A stretch of DNA of 64,000 nucleotides from an uncultured Actinomycetes bacterium (GCA_963822735.1 CAWGIU010000015.1:13625-77624); one strand, 5' to 3'. Positions 44,744 through 54,365 are shown, numbered from the stretch's first letter. Notes: generated by a model from the sequence alone, not told the origin. Translations and numbers: made by a program.

Positions 44744-45307
44744 ATGGAGGGCTCAACCGAGGTCCGCAGCTGGTTGCGCTGTTACCGCTGCTGGTCGCAG
44801 AACCTCGAGGTCCAAGTTCACTACGAAGGTATCCACAAGATCGATGCCGAGACCGGCGAGCGCGGCGAGGTGGTCGATGAGATGCAGGAAGCCGTGATCC
44901 AGTGCCTGGAGTGCATGCACGACCAGCCGCATCTGGGCTTCCACAACGGTCGCGTCGAGCCGATCGAGGACCGCTGGGAGCGGATGATCGCCGGCACGCC
45001 CTGGGTGGCGTCTTGCACGGTCACGGTCGACGCCGACGACGTCGAGACCTGCTCAGGGCCGGAGGCCGGCGACGCGCTGTCCTATGCCGCCTTCGGCGAT
45101 CATGGGACGCGCGAGTTCTTCACCCACGTCCGCTTCCACAAGCACGACGAGGACCGGATCATCGTGCACCTGCTGGTGGAGCTCTACGCGCGCTCGGCCG
45201 AGGAGGCCACCGGGGTGCTCGAGGACGCCGCCCGCGGCGACCTCGCGATCACCTCGCTCGCCGAGGAGTCGCGCCCGCCCGCGTCGACGGGTAACGGCCA
45301 GCATTAA
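44744..45307 (+). CDS. Hypothetical protein with a CxxC...CxxC zinc-ribbon-like N-terminus (187 aa)
   Basis: Internal ATG of track ORF 44249..45307. Translation is MEGSTEVRSWLRCYRCWSQNLEVQVHYEG...VIQCLECMHDQPH. A strong terminator follows. I recognise no family. Confidence 0.55.
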   Translation: MEGSTEVRSWLRCYRCWSQNLEVQVHYEGIHKIDAETGERGEVVDEMQEAVIQCLECMHDQPHLGFHNGRVEPIEDRWERMIAGTPWVASCTVTVDADDVETCSGPEAGDALSYAAFGDHGTREFFTHVRFHKHDEDRIIVHLLVELYARSAEEATGVLEDAARGDLAITSLAEESRPPASTGNGQH

Positions 45308-45308
45308 A

Positions 45309-45329
45309 AGGCCGCGCCGGAGGCGCGGC
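45309..45329 (+). terminator. Perfect 9-bp stem-loop right after the TAA stop
   Basis: taaaaGGCCGCGCC-GGA-GGCGCGGCC. It also forms the start of the 98-bp repeat. Confidence 0.6.
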
Positions 45330-45530
45330 CGTGGTAACCGCCGCGCGAGCGGAGCGGTTATGTGGACTCACGGAGCGGCGCGACGCGCGGCCCGAAGCCG
45401 GATGCGGTTACGCGCCGGAGGCGCGGCCGTGGTAACCGCCGCGCGAGCGGAGCGGTTATATGGACTCACGGAGCGGCGCGACGCGCGGCCCGAAGCCGGA
45501 TGCGGTTACGCGCCGGAGGCGCGGCCGTGG
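45313..45530. repeat. 98-bp tandem repeat, 2.2 copies, one mismatch
   Basis: Copies start at 45313, 45411 and 45509 (the third is partial, 22 nt). The only difference is G45361 versus A45459. Internal inverted repeats are GCGCC-GGA-GGCGC, TAACCGC..GCGGTTA and GCGGTTAC..GTAACCGC. Confidence 0.92.
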
Positions 45531-46326
45531 TCCGTCGTCCCGCGCGCCACGATGACAGGCGCCCCCGCCGACCCCACAGCTCCACCACGATCAGCGCTGC
45601 CGCCACAGGCACGGTCGCCGGTAGCTCGTCGATTACGAAAAAGAGCAGGTCGAACGCCGCCGCCAGCACCAGCGTCAGCACCGCCGCCGACCACTGCCGG
45701 CGACGGTCGGCGGCGAGCACGGCGCCCAGCAATGCGGCCACGAACATGTCCCCATATCCCATCGACACCGAGCCGAACAGCTCGCTCTGGAGCCTGGGCA
45801 GCCCCGCCGCCGGATGGGCAGCGATGAGCGTCGAGTTCGGCGCCTGCAAGAGGTCCGATACGACCAGCCAGGTGTCGGCGGCGGCCATGGCCACGATTCC
45901 CAGCTTGAGCAGCTTGGAAGGCGTGATCGAGGCCAACAGGACTCCGAGCGTGACGCAGCTCAGCGCCGAAAGCAGCGCCGCCGCCGCTTCGCCGCTCAAT
46001 GACGAGTGCTCGACCCAGGCCAGGGCGAACAGGCCGCCGGCGACGATTGCCAGTGCCGGTCGCGCCCCGCGCGCCGCCCAGCCGAGCGCGGCGGCGGCCA
46101 GCGGCGGTACCGCGACCAGCGCCAGGTAGGTCAGCCCCGTCGCCGTGCCGGAGACGAAGCGGATGGCGAACACAACCACGACGATCGAGCCGATCGGCAC
46201 GAGCGCCCAGGCCGGCCCCCGCAACCGCTCGGCCAGCGCCAGTCGAGGCGCCGCGCGGGGCGCTGCCACCACGGCCGCCTGTAGCGCGAGCATCGCCGCG
46301 TCGGACGGTACGAATGAAAGCGCCAC
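45466..46326 (-). CDS. Polytopic membrane protein with a GxGD motif (possible intramembrane aspartyl protease); C-terminus uncertain
   Basis: 286 aa with 7-8 hydrophobic segments. Motifs seen are AAADTWLVVSD, SMGYGDMFVAALLG and DELPATVP. The last ~25 codons are encoded by the 98-bp repeat. Confidence 0.6.
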   Translation of the reverse strand: MALSFVPSDAAMLALQAAVVAAPRAAPRLALAERLRGPAWALVPIGSIVVVVFAIRFVSGTATGLTYLALVAVPPLAAAALGWAARGARPALAIVAGGLFALAWVEHSSLSGEAAAALLSALSCVTLGVLLASITPSKLLKLGIVAMAAADTWLVVSDLLQAPNSTLIAAHPAAGLPRLQSELFGSVSMGYGDMFVAALLGAVLAADRRRQWSAAVLTLVLAAAFDLLFFVIDELPATVPVAAALIVVELWGRRGRLSSWRAGRRTTAAPPARNRIRLRAARRAAP

Positions 46327-46371
46327 GCACTCAGCGTACGCGGCGCGCTTTAGCGCGGTTGAACCGGTCGC

Positions 46372-48192
46372 CTATTGGCTTAGCCGCTTCTCAAGCTCCT
46401 CGAGCTGCGCCCGCAGCTCGCCCGGCAGCCGGTCGCCGAACTTGCCGTAGTGCTCGTGCATCTGCGGCAGCTGCTCGCGCCAGCAGTCGGGATCGACCCC
46501 GAGAAGCTTGTCCATCGTCCCCTCGGGCAGGTCTAGTCCCTCGGTCTCGATCCCGCCCTCGCCAACCGGCGGGATGAGCCCAATCGGGGTCTCGATCGCC
46601 TCGGCCTTACCTTCGCAGCGGCGAAAGATCCAGGCCAGCACACGCGAGTTCTCACCGAAGCCCGGCCACAGGAACTTGCCCTCGTCGTCCTTGCGAAACC
46701 AGTTGACGTAGAAGATCTGCGGCAACTTGACGTCCTGGCGACGGCCGATCTTCAGCCAGTGGGCGAAGTAGTCCGCCATGTTGTAGCCACAGAACGGCAG
46801 CATGGCCATGGGGTCGAACCGCAGCTCGCCCACGTTGCCGGTCGCCGCCGCGGTCTTCTCGGATGACATCGTCGAGCCCATGAACACGCCGTGCTCCCAG
46901 TCGCGCGCCTCGTAGACGAGTGGCACCACGGTCGAGCGCCGGCCGCCGAAGAGCATCGCGTCGATCGGGACGCCCTTGGGGTCATCCCATTCCGGGGCGA
47001 TGGACGGACACTGGGCGATCTGGACCGTGAAGCGAGCATTTGGATGGGCGGCCGTGCTCTCGGAGTCGGGCGTCCACTCGTTGCCCCGCCAGTCGATCGC
47101 GTGCTCCGGTGGCTCGCCGGTCATCCCCTCCCACCAGATGTCACCGTCGTCGGTCTTCGCGCAGTTGGTGAAGACGGTGTTGCGCGAGACCATGTCGATC
47201 GCGTTCGGATTGGTCCGCGCGCCGGTCCCAGGCGCCACGCCGAAGAATCCGGACTCTGGGTTGGCCGCGTAGAGACGGCCGTCCTCGCCGAACTTCATCC
47301 ACGCGATGTCGTCCCCGATCGTCTCCACCTTCCAGTCCTCGAGCGTGGGGATCATCATCGACAGGTTGGTCTTGCCGCAGGCACTGGGGAACGCGCCGGC
47401 GATGTACTTCACCTCGCCCTCGGGCGAGGTCATCTTGAGAATCAACATGTGCTCCGCGAGCCAGCCCTCGTCGCGTGCCATCGCCGAGGCGATCCGCAGC
47501 GCGAAGCACTTCTTGCCGAGCAGTGCGTTGCCGCCGTAGCCCGAGCCGTAGGACATGATCTCCCGCGTCTCCGGGAAGTGGACGATGTATTTGTTGTCCG
47601 CATTGCAAGGCCACGGAACGTCCTGCTGGCCCTCGGCCAGCGGCGCCCCGAGCGAGTGCAGGCAGGGCACGAAGTCGCCGTCCGCGCCGAGGCAATCGAG
47701 CGCCGCCTGCCCCATGCGGGTCATGATCCGCATCGAGGCCGCCACGTACGCAGAGTCCGTCAGCATCACGCCGATGTAGGAGATCGGCGAGCCCAGCGGG
47801 CCCATGGAGAAGGGCACGACGTACATCGTGCGACCGCGCATCGACCCCTGGAACAGCTCCTTCAACGCCGCCCGCATTTCGTCCGGGTCGCGCCAGTTGT
47901 TCGTGGGACCGGCGTCGGACTCCCGCCGTGAGCAGATGAACGTCCGATCCTCGACGCGCGCCACGTCGGCTGGATCGGAGAGGGCCAGGTAGGAGTTCGG
48001 ACGCTTCGCCTCCGAGAGCTTCTCGAACGTCCCTGCGTCTACCAGTGTCTGCGCCAAGCGGTCGTATTCCTCGGCCGACCCATCGCACCAATAGACCTCG
48101 TCGGGCTGGGTCAGCGCGGCCGTCTCCTCGACCCATTGCCGAAGGTCTCTGTGGGTCGTGGTCGCCTGCTGGTCCGCTGCAGTGTGGGACAT
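46372..48192 (-). CDS. pckG: Phosphoenolpyruvate carboxykinase (GTP)
   Basis: 606 aa. Contains FPSACGKTN (kinase-1a), [16 protein letters not shown] and YFGVAPGT-like motifs. AAGGAG lies upstream. Confidence 0.93.
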   Translation of the reverse strand: MSHTAADQQATTTHRDLRQWVEETAALTQPDEVYWCDGSAEEYDRLAQTLVDAGTFEKLSEAKRPNSYLALSDPADVARVEDRTFICSRRESDAGPTNNWRDPDEMRAALKELFQGSMRGRTMYVVPFSMGPLGSPISYIGVMLTDSAYVAASMRIMTRMGQAALDCLGADGDFVPCLHSLGAPLAEGQQDVPWPCNADNKYIVHFPETREIMSYGSGYGGNALLGKKCFALRIASAMARDEGWLAEHMLILKMTSPEGEVKYIAGAFPSACGKTNLSMMIPTLEDWKVETIGDDIAWMKFGEDGRLYAANPESGFFGVAPGTGARTNPNAIDMVSRNTVFTNCAKTDDGDIWWEGMTGEPPEHAIDWRGNEWTPDSESTAAHPNARFTVQIAQCPSIAPEWDDPKGVPIDAMLFGGRRSTVVPLVYEARDWEHGVFMGSTMSSEKTAAATGNVGELRFDPMAMLPFCGYNMADYFAHWLKIGRRQDVKLPQIFYVNWFRKDDEGKFLWPGFGENSRVLAWIFRRCEGKAEAIETPIGLIPPVGEGGIETEGLDLPEGTMDKLLGVDPDCWREQLPQMHEHYGKFGDRLPGELRAQLEELEKRLSQ

Positions 48193-48253
48193 AGGTTGTT
48201 GAACTCCTTAATGCTTCGGTGGCTAAATCAAGCCTACCCGTAGGCGGGTAGTA

Positions 48254-48280
48254 AAAGTCCGCCGCCCGGCGCCGGGCGGC
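48254..48280 (-). terminator. Intrinsic terminator after the MaoC gene
   Basis: The minus strand reads GCCGCCCGG-CG-CCGGGCGGC followed by gacTTTT. A second hairpin, CTACCCG-CCTA-CGGGTAG, lies just downstream. Confidence 0.65.
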
Positions 48281-48316
48281 CCGTGCCGTGCCCGTCGAAG
48301 CGGGCGTTCCAGAGCC

Positions 48317-48853
48317 CTAATCCACGTTGGTTTCGGCGCTCGGAAGCTGCTCTCCGGGCTCCTTGCGCGGCACGAGCACGATCCGCTTGAACTCGGCCAC
48401 AAGCGCCCCGTCCTGGTTGTAGGCGCGCGTGTGGACCTTGACGGTCCCGCGGTCAGGCTTCGAGCGGGATGGCTTCACCTCGAGGACCTCTGATTCCACG
48501 AACAGCGTGTCGCCGTGAAACACGGGAGCCGGATGGCTCAGCTCCTCGGTCGCCAGGTTGGCGATCGCCTTGCCCGAGACATCGGGCACGGTCATTCCGA
48601 AGACGAGCGAGTAGACGAGCGGCCCCGCCACGACGTTGCGGCCCTGCTGTGACTTCGCGGCGTAGACGTCGTTCACGTGCAGCGGATGGTGGTTCATCGT
48701 CAGCAGGCAGAAGAGATGGTCCTCCGCCTCGGTGACGGTCTTCGCCGGCCAGTGCTTGTACACCGCCCCCACCTCGAACTCCTCCAGGTAGCGCCCGTAC
48801 GGGTGGGCGCCGGAGGCCTCCCGCTCGGCCTGGTCTGTCTGCACTTCCGTCAT
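48317..48853 (-). CDS. MaoC-like (R)-hydratase, probable mesaconyl-CoA hydratase of the single-domain actinobacterial type
   Basis: ATG preceded by AGGAGAAGCG. The hot-dog motif is LTMNHHPLHVND. It is divergent from mcl. Confidence 0.7.
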   Translation of the reverse strand: MTEVQTDQAEREASGAHPYGRYLEEFEVGAVYKHWPAKTVTEAEDHLFCLLTMNHHPLHVNDVYAAKSQQGRNVVAGPLVYSLVFGMTVPDVSGKAIANLATEELSHPAPVFHGDTLFVESEVLEVKPSRSKPDRGTVKVHTRAYNQDGALVAEFKRIVLVPRKEPGEQLPSAETNVD

Positions 48854-48965
48854 CGCTTCTCCTGAATTTGGTGTCATCCGTGCCGGGAGGATGCCATCTG
48901 GGCGCCGATCTGTGCCCTTCGAGCAGGCACCCGCTAGCTTTCAGCGACAACCAACCAGGAGATAG

Positions 48966-50039
48966 TTGAACGTGCGAAACCCCCGCGATTTCGGAAAACC
49001 GCTGGCGATCGGTGCTCCGGCGCCGCTGCTCGAGATCCCGTTCAAGCCGAGCCGCATGATCCATTTCCTCGACTTCTCCAACGAGAAGATGGTCGCCAAG
49101 GCCCCCGAGATCGCGCCCACGGTCGACATCCTGCTCGGCAACCTGGAGGACGCCGTGCCCGTCGACCGCAAGGAGGCAGCACGCGATGGCCTGCTCACGG
49201 TGGGCAAGGAGATGGAGCTGGGCGAGACCCAGCTGTGGGCCCGAGTCAACGCGCTCGAGTCCCCGTGGGTGCTCGATGACATCACGCAGATCGTCGCCGA
49301 GATCGGTGACCGGCTCGAGGTGATGATGATCCCCAAGGTCGAGGGGCCCTGGGACATTCACTACGTCGACCGCCTGCTGGCCCAGCTGGAGGCCAGAGCC
49401 GGGCTCGAGCGCCCGATCCTGGTGCACGCCATCCTGGAGACCGGTCTGGGGGTCGTCAACCTGGAGGAGATCGCCACCGCCAGCCCGCGCATGCAGGGCA
49501 TGAGCTTCGGACCGGCGGACCTGGCGGCGTCGCGGCGGATGAAGACCACGCGCGTGGGCGGTGGGCATCCCGGATATCGCGTGATCTCAGATCCCGACCC
49601 CGAGGACCCCGAGACGCCCCGCCCCACCTCCCAGCAGGATCCGTGGCACTACTCGATCGCCCGCATGGTCGACGCCTGCACGTCCGCCGGGATCTTGCCG
49701 TTTTACGGCCCCTACGGCGATATCCGCGACGTAGAGGGTTGCGAGACCCAGTTCCGGGCCGCCTTCCTGTTGGGGTGCGTCGGGGCTTGGTCGCTTCACC
49801 CCGTACAGATCCAGATCGCCAAGAAGGTCTTCAGCCCCGATCCCGACGAGGTGCTGTTCGCCAAGAAGGTGCTGGAGGCGATCCCCGACGGCCGCGGCGT
49901 TCACATGATCGACGGCAAGATGCAGGACGACGCCACCTGGAAGCAGTGCAAGGTCATGGTCTCGCTGGCCGAGATGCTGGCCCGCAAGGACCCCGAGCTG
50001 GCGGAGGCCTACGGGTTCGCCCTGGAGCCGGTCGGCTAG
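48966..50039 (+). CDS. mcl: L-malyl-CoA/beta-methylmalyl-CoA lyase (CitE/HpcH family)
   Basis: 357 aa. Contains [26 protein letters not shown]...[23 protein letters not shown], which resembles Mcl-type lyases. The start is TTG 48966 or GTG 48972, after AGGAG. Confidence 0.8.
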   Translation: MNVRNPRDFGKPLAIGAPAPLLEIPFKPSRMIHFLDFSNEKMVAKAPEIAPTVDILLGNLEDAVPVDRKEAARDGLLTVGKEMELGETQLWARVNALESPWVLDDITQIVAEIGDRLEVMMIPKVEGPWDIHYVDRLLAQLEARAGLERPILVHAILETGLGVVNLEEIATASPRMQGMSFGPADLAASRRMKTTRVGGGHPGYRVISDPDPEDPETPRPTSQQDPWHYSIARMVDACTSAGILPFYGPYGDIRDVEGCETQFRAAFLLGCVGAWSLHPVQIQIAKKVFSPDPDEVLFAKKVLEAIPDGRGVHMIDGKMQDDATWKQCKVMVSLAEMLARKDPELAEAYGFALEPVG

Positions 50040-50061
50040 TGCGCTGCGATAGGAAGCACTA
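50035..50061. promoter_or_regulatory. Inverted repeat CTAGTGC-N13-GCACTAG between the mcl stop and the rrf2 start
   Basis: 7-bp perfect arms. It overlaps the mcl TAG stop and ends 11 nt before the rrf2 GTG. It could be an operator or a terminator. Confidence 0.4.
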
Positions 50062-50071
50062 GGAGCAAGAC

Positions 50072-50530
50072 GTGCGGATCTCCGCCAAGGCGGACTACGC
50101 GGTGCGGGCCGCGGTCGAGCTGGCCGCGTCCTCGGGCGAGAGGCCCGTCAAGGCCGAGCGCGTGGCGAACGCCCAGGGGATCCCGCTCAACTTCCTGGAG
50201 AACATCCTCGGCGAGCTGCGCCACGCCGGCATCGTCCGCAGCCACCGCGGCGCAGACGGCGGCTTTCGCCTGGCCAAGCCGCCCCAGGAGGTCACCGTGG
50301 CCGACGTCATCCGGGCGGTGGAGGGGCCGCTGGCCAGCGTCCGCGGCGGACCGCCAGAGCAGATCTCCTACGACGGCGCCGCCGAGCCGCTGCTGCGCGT
50401 GTGGATCGCGGTTCGCGCCAACCTGCGGATGGTGGTCGAGCACGTGACCCTGGCCGACATCGCCCAAGACGGCCTCCCCACCGATGTCGAGCGGCTGGCC
50501 AAGGACCCGGAGGCCTGGATAACTAGGTAG
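50072..50530 (+). CDS. Rrf2-family transcriptional regulator
   Basis: 152 aa. Translation is [18 protein letters not shown]...[32 protein letters not shown]. There is no three-Cys cluster motif. Confidence 0.88.
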   Translation: MRISAKADYAVRAAVELAASSGERPVKAERVANAQGIPLNFLENILGELRHAGIVRSHRGADGGFRLAKPPQEVTVADVIRAVEGPLASVRGGPPEQISYDGAAEPLLRVWIAVRANLRMVVEHVTLADIAQDGLPTDVERLAKDPEAWITR

Positions 50531-51533
50531 GCCGCGGCGCATGCGCCACGGCCCCCGCCGGAACATGTTCCGGCCGGCGGGGTCGCTCATGAGCGACCCC
50601 GGACATCTTCACGTACACCACATCGCCGGCTTTCAGCTCGAGCTCGTCGGTCTGCGTTCGGGTCAACTGGGCCCGCGCCCTGGTGCCGTCGGTGAGCTCG
50701 AGCTCGATCCGCACTTCGAAACCGAGATGCACGACGCGCGCCACCTTGGCCCACTGGGCCCCGGGCCCGGGGGTGGGGCTCAGGTTTAGGTCGTGCGGGC
50801 GCACCAGCCGGTTATCCAGCCGGCTGACCGGGCCGAGGAAGCCCATCACGAAGTCGTTGGCCGGCTGGTCGTAGACGTCGCGCGGCGCCCCCGTCTGCTC
50901 GATCCGCCCGCCGTTCATGACCGCGATGCAGTCCGCGACCTCCATCGCCTCCTCCTGGTCGTGCGTGACGAGCACCGTCGTCACCCGCTGATCATCGTGG
51001 AGGCGACGAAGCCACAGCCGCAGCTCTGCGCGGACGGTCGCATCGAGTGCGCCGAACGGCTCATCCAGCAGCAGCACCCGCGGCTCGACCGCCAGCGCCC
51101 GGGCCAAGGCCATCCGCTGGCGCTGGCCCCCCGAGAGCTGGTGGGGGTGCTGGTCTGACCACTTGGTGAGGCCCACCAGCGAGAGCAGCTCGTCCACCTT
51201 GGCCCGGATGTGCTCCCGGGGGCGCTTGCGGATCCTCAGCCCGAAGCCGACGTTGTCGCGCACGGTCATGTGCGCAAACGCCGCGTAGTGCTGAAACACG
51301 AAGCCGATGCCGCGCTCCTGCGGCCGGGTGTCGGTGATGTCGTCTTCATCCAGCAGGACCACCCCGGCGTCGGGCTCCTCGAGACCGGCGATGATCCGAA
51401 GCAGCGTCGACTTGCCGGAGCCGCTGGGCCCTAGTAGGGCCGTCAGCGACCCGTCCTCCACGCGCAGCGTCACGTCGCTCAGCGCGTCGAAATCCCCGAA
51501 GCGCTTCGAAATCGCGTTGGCCTCGATTCTCAT
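50523..51533 (-). CDS. cysA: Sulfate/thiosulfate ABC transporter ATP-binding protein
   Basis: 336 aa. Contains [17 protein letters not shown] and LLLDEPF, plus a C-terminal TOBE-like domain. Confidence 0.9.
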   Translation of the reverse strand: MRIEANAISKRFGDFDALSDVTLRVEDGSLTALLGPSGSGKSTLLRIIAGLEEPDAGVVLLDEDDITDTRPQERGIGFVFQHYAAFAHMTVRDNVGFGLRIRKRPREHIRAKVDELLSLVGLTKWSDQHPHQLSGGQRQRMALARALAVEPRVLLLDEPFGALDATVRAELRLWLRRLHDDQRVTTVLVTHDQEEAMEVADCIAVMNGGRIEQTGAPRDVYDQPANDFVMGFLGPVSRLDNRLVRPHDLNLSPTPGPGAQWAKVARVVHLGFEVRIELELTDGTRARAQLTRTQTDELELKAGDVVYVKMSGVAHERPRRPEHVPAGAVAHAPRPT

Positions 51534-52348
51534 CGGCCTTCCTTCCGTCGTGGTCCGAGAAGCGTCATCACGAGCAGCACCGCGAGCGACATGACGGCCA
51601 GCTCGGCCCCCGCCGCGTAGGCACTAGTCACCGCGCCCGAGCCGATCTGCGAATCTCGCTGCTGGACGAGCAATGGCAGCGTGAGCGTCGAACCCGACAC
51701 GTTCGAGGACACGACGGCCACGGCGCCGATCTCCCCCAGGGCCCGGGCGGTGGTGAGGATCACGCCATATGCCACGCCCCAGCGGATCGACGGCAGCGTA
51801 ACCCGCCGGAACGTCTGCCAGGAGGACGAGCCGAGCGTGGCGGCGGCCTGCTCCTGCTCATCGCCGACCTCCTGCAGCACGGGCGCCACCTCGCGCACCA
51901 CGAACGGCAGCGAGACGAACACGGTGGCGATGGCCATGCCGGCGGGCTCATAAATGAGCTTGATTCCGTGGTTGATCAGCCACGTCCCGAACCAGCCCCC
52001 CTGGCCGTAGACCAGTACCAGCGCGAGGCCCACGATCACGGGCGAGACGACGAACGGCAGGTCGAGCAGGGCGTCGAGGATCGCCCGTCCCCTGGTCCGG
52101 CTCCGGACCAGTAGCAGCGCGCAGCCGACGCCGAAAATCGTGTTGAGCGGCACAGCGATCGCGGCCAGCATCACCGACAGCCAGAACGCGCTGATGGCGG
52201 CCGGTGTCGTGATCCAACTCCACGCGGTGCCGAAACCGTGCTCGAACGTGCGGTAGAAGACCATGCCAACCGGCAGCACGAGCAACAGCCCCAGGTACAC
52301 CAGGGCGATCGTGCGCAGCGATAGCGTGGTGCGTCGGCTAACGAGCAA
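51530..52348 (-). CDS. cysW: Sulfate ABC transporter permease CysW
   Basis: 272 aa permease. The EAA-like loop reads [21 protein letters not shown]. Its stop overlaps the cysA start. Confidence 0.85.
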   Translation of the reverse strand: MLVSRRTTLSLRTIALVYLGLLLVLPVGMVFYRTFEHGFGTAWSWITTPAAISAFWLSVMLAAIAVPLNTIFGVGCALLLVRSRTRGRAILDALLDLPFVVSPVIVGLALVLVYGQGGWFGTWLINHGIKLIYEPAGMAIATVFVSLPFVVREVAPVLQEVGDEQEQAAATLGSSSWQTFRRVTLPSIRWGVAYGVILTTARALGEIGAVAVVSSNVSGSTLTLPLLVQQRDSQIGSGAVTSAYAAGAELAVMSLAVLLVMTLLGPRRKEGR

Positions 52349-53105
52349 CGCGCGTCCCCATCCACCGCAGGATGACCAGCACGGTCAGCGAGACGACCAT
52401 CAGCACCACCGACAGCGCGGCCGCCGACTGCGGGGCGCCTGACTCGATGTCTGCGTAGATCACGATGCTGGCGATCTGGACCTTGCCCGCGATCAGGACC
52501 AGCGAACCGAACTCGCCCACCGAGCGGGCAAACGACAGCGCCGCCCCGGAGAAGATCGCCGGGCGCAGCGCCGGCAGGATGATGCGCCTGAAGGTGACGG
52601 CATTGGAGGCCCCGAGCGACGTCGCGGCCTCCTCCACTTCTTGATCGAGCTCGATCAGCACCGGCTGCACCGAGCGCACGACGAACGGCAACGTCACGAA
52701 CAGGAGGGCCACGACCACCGCGGCGCGGGTGTACGCCAGGTGGACGCCGAACGGGCTGTCCGGCCCGTAGAGCGCAATCAGCGTCAACCCGGCGACGATC
52801 GTCGGCAGCGCGAACGGCAGATCGATGAGCGCTCCCACGAAGCGCTTGCCGGGGAAGTCGTCGCGCACGAGCACCCAGGCCACGAGCGTGCCCATCACCG
52901 CGGCGATCGCAGCGACCAGCAGCGAAGCGATCAGCGTGACGCCCAGCGCCCTGACCGCCAAGGGGTTGGAGATCGAGCTCCACAGCGCGCCCGGGCCGGC
53001 GGAGAACGCTTTGACCGCCACCGCCGCCAGGGGGATGAGGACGATCAGGCTCAGATAGAGGGTGGCCACCCCCAGACCCAGCCCGCCAGCCGCCTCCGAG
53101 CGCAT
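52338..53105 (-). CDS. cysT: Sulfate ABC transporter permease CysT
   Basis: 255 aa permease. The loop reads EEAATSLGASNAVTFRRIILP. Confidence 0.85.
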   Translation of the reverse strand: MRSEAAGGLGLGVATLYLSLIVLIPLAAVAVKAFSAGPGALWSSISNPLAVRALGVTLIASLLVAAIAAVMGTLVAWVLVRDDFPGKRFVGALIDLPFALPTIVAGLTLIALYGPDSPFGVHLAYTRAAVVVALLFVTLPFVVRSVQPVLIELDQEVEEAATSLGASNAVTFRRIILPALRPAIFSGAALSFARSVGEFGSLVLIAGKVQIASIVIYADIESGAPQSAAALSVVLMVVSLTVLVILRWMGTRVAR

Positions 53106-53157
53106 CTTGCGGCGCAGGCGGGGACGGCGGGGGGCTGCCGCGGGGGCGGCGACTGCG

Positions 53158-54225
53158 TCAGCTGGAGGCAGTTGGCACCCCCGCGTCCTGCTCGATCTTG
53201 GTTATCGACCCGTTCGTGGTCCCGAAGAACGTCTTGTCAATCGCGCTCCAGCCGCCGAGCGAGCTGATCGTGAACAGATCGGGCGGATTCGGGAATTTCT
53301 GCGAATACTGCTTGGCGACCGATGGGTCCACCGGCCGGTAGCCCGACTTGGCCCAGATCTTCTGCGCGGCGGGTGAGAACAGCCAATTGACGAACGCGCT
53401 GGCCGCGGCCGGGGCCTTGCTGGTCACGGCTACGGGCGTCTGGATGAGGAGCGTCTGCGTGGGGACGATGTACTGGACGGCGTCCCCGGCCTTCACGGCC
53501 GAGATCGCGTCCGACTCGTAGTCGATAAGCACATCGCCCTTGCCGCTGGTGAACGTCTGCAGCGCCGATGAGGCGCTCGCGGGCTGGACGCTCACGTTCT
53601 TGGTCAGGAGCGTCTTCACGTAGCTGAGCGCCTGCGCCGGCGACTTGCCCTCCTTGAGCTGCGCGCCGTACGCCGCGAGCACGTTCCAGCGGGCGCTACC
53701 CGAGGTCGAGGGGTTGGGAGTGATGACATCGACTCCGGGCTTGATGAGGTCATCCCAACCGGTGATGTGCTTGGGGTTGCCCTTGCGGACCACGAGCACC
53801 ACGACCGAGTCCGAGGGCACGGCCTGGTTGCCGACGGTGTCCCAGCTGCTCGAGACGAGTCCTGCCTTGACCAGCCGGGTGATGTCCGGCGCGGTCGAGA
53901 ATGCCACCACGTCCGCCGACTGCCCCGTGGCCACCGCGCGGCTCTGCGCGCCCGAGGCGGCGAACGACTCGCTGAAGGAGAGACCCTTGCCCTGCGGCGT
54001 CGCCTCGTACGCCGCGATCAGCTTGTCGTACGCCTTCTTCGGCGTCGAGTAGGCCACCAGCGCCAGCTGGGTGGCGCCCTTGGCGTCCACCGGCTTGGCC
54101 GACGCCGTGGTGTTCGTGTCCGACGATCCGCCGCAGGCGGCCAGCCCGCCCGCCGCCGCGAGGGCCGCAAGGGCCCCGAGCACAGTGGTCCGGAGCCGGC
54201 GCACGGCCCCCGTTGAGTTGGTCAT
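53158..54225 (-). CDS. sbp: Sulfate/thiosulfate-binding lipoprotein
   Basis: 355 aa. The lipobox is LAACGG. SARWNVLAAYG and the wider pattern are typical of Sbp/CysP. Confidence 0.88.
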   Translation of the reverse strand: MTNSTGAVRRLRTTVLGALAALAAAGGLAACGGSSDTNTTASAKPVDAKGATQLALVAYSTPKKAYDKLIAAYEATPQGKGLSFSESFAASGAQSRAVATGQSADVVAFSTAPDITRLVKAGLVSSSWDTVGNQAVPSDSVVVLVVRKGNPKHITGWDDLIKPGVDVITPNPSTSGSARWNVLAAYGAQLKEGKSPAQALSYVKTLLTKNVSVQPASASSALQTFTSGKGDVLIDYESDAISAVKAGDAVQYIVPTQTLLIQTPVAVTSKAPAAASAFVNWLFSPAAQKIWAKSGYRPVDPSVAKQYSQKFPNPPDLFTISSLGGWSAIDKTFFGTTNGSITKIEQDAGVPTASS

Positions 54226-54245
54226 CGACGCTCCCGTAAATCAAT

Positions 54246-54281
54246 GGCGGCGGCTCGCGCAGTGCGCGACCGCCGCCTTTT
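54246..54281. promoter_or_regulatory. Long GC hairpin plus T tract at the edge of an AT-rich island in the sbp / CoA-ligase divergent region
   Basis: GGCGGCGG-c-TCGCGCA-g-TGCGCGA-c-CCGCCGCC-TTTTAT. It lies 21-56 nt upstream of the sbp ATG. The following ~50 nt are unusually AT-rich and contain TATCAA-N10-TTGATA. Confidence 0.5.
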
Positions 54282-54365
54282 ATCGCTTATTCAATGTAAT
54301 TTATCAACTTCATCGGATTGATAGAGATTCCCCGTGGCGCCGCTCTTGTAGCCTCCGCGCCCGCC

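Noticed and set aside
45084-46129. Plus-strand ORFs 45084..45827 and 45362..46129 crossing the 98-bp repeat.
   Set aside because: Arg/Ala-rich translations that are out of frame with, or antisense to, supported genes, and repetitive only because of the DNA repeat.
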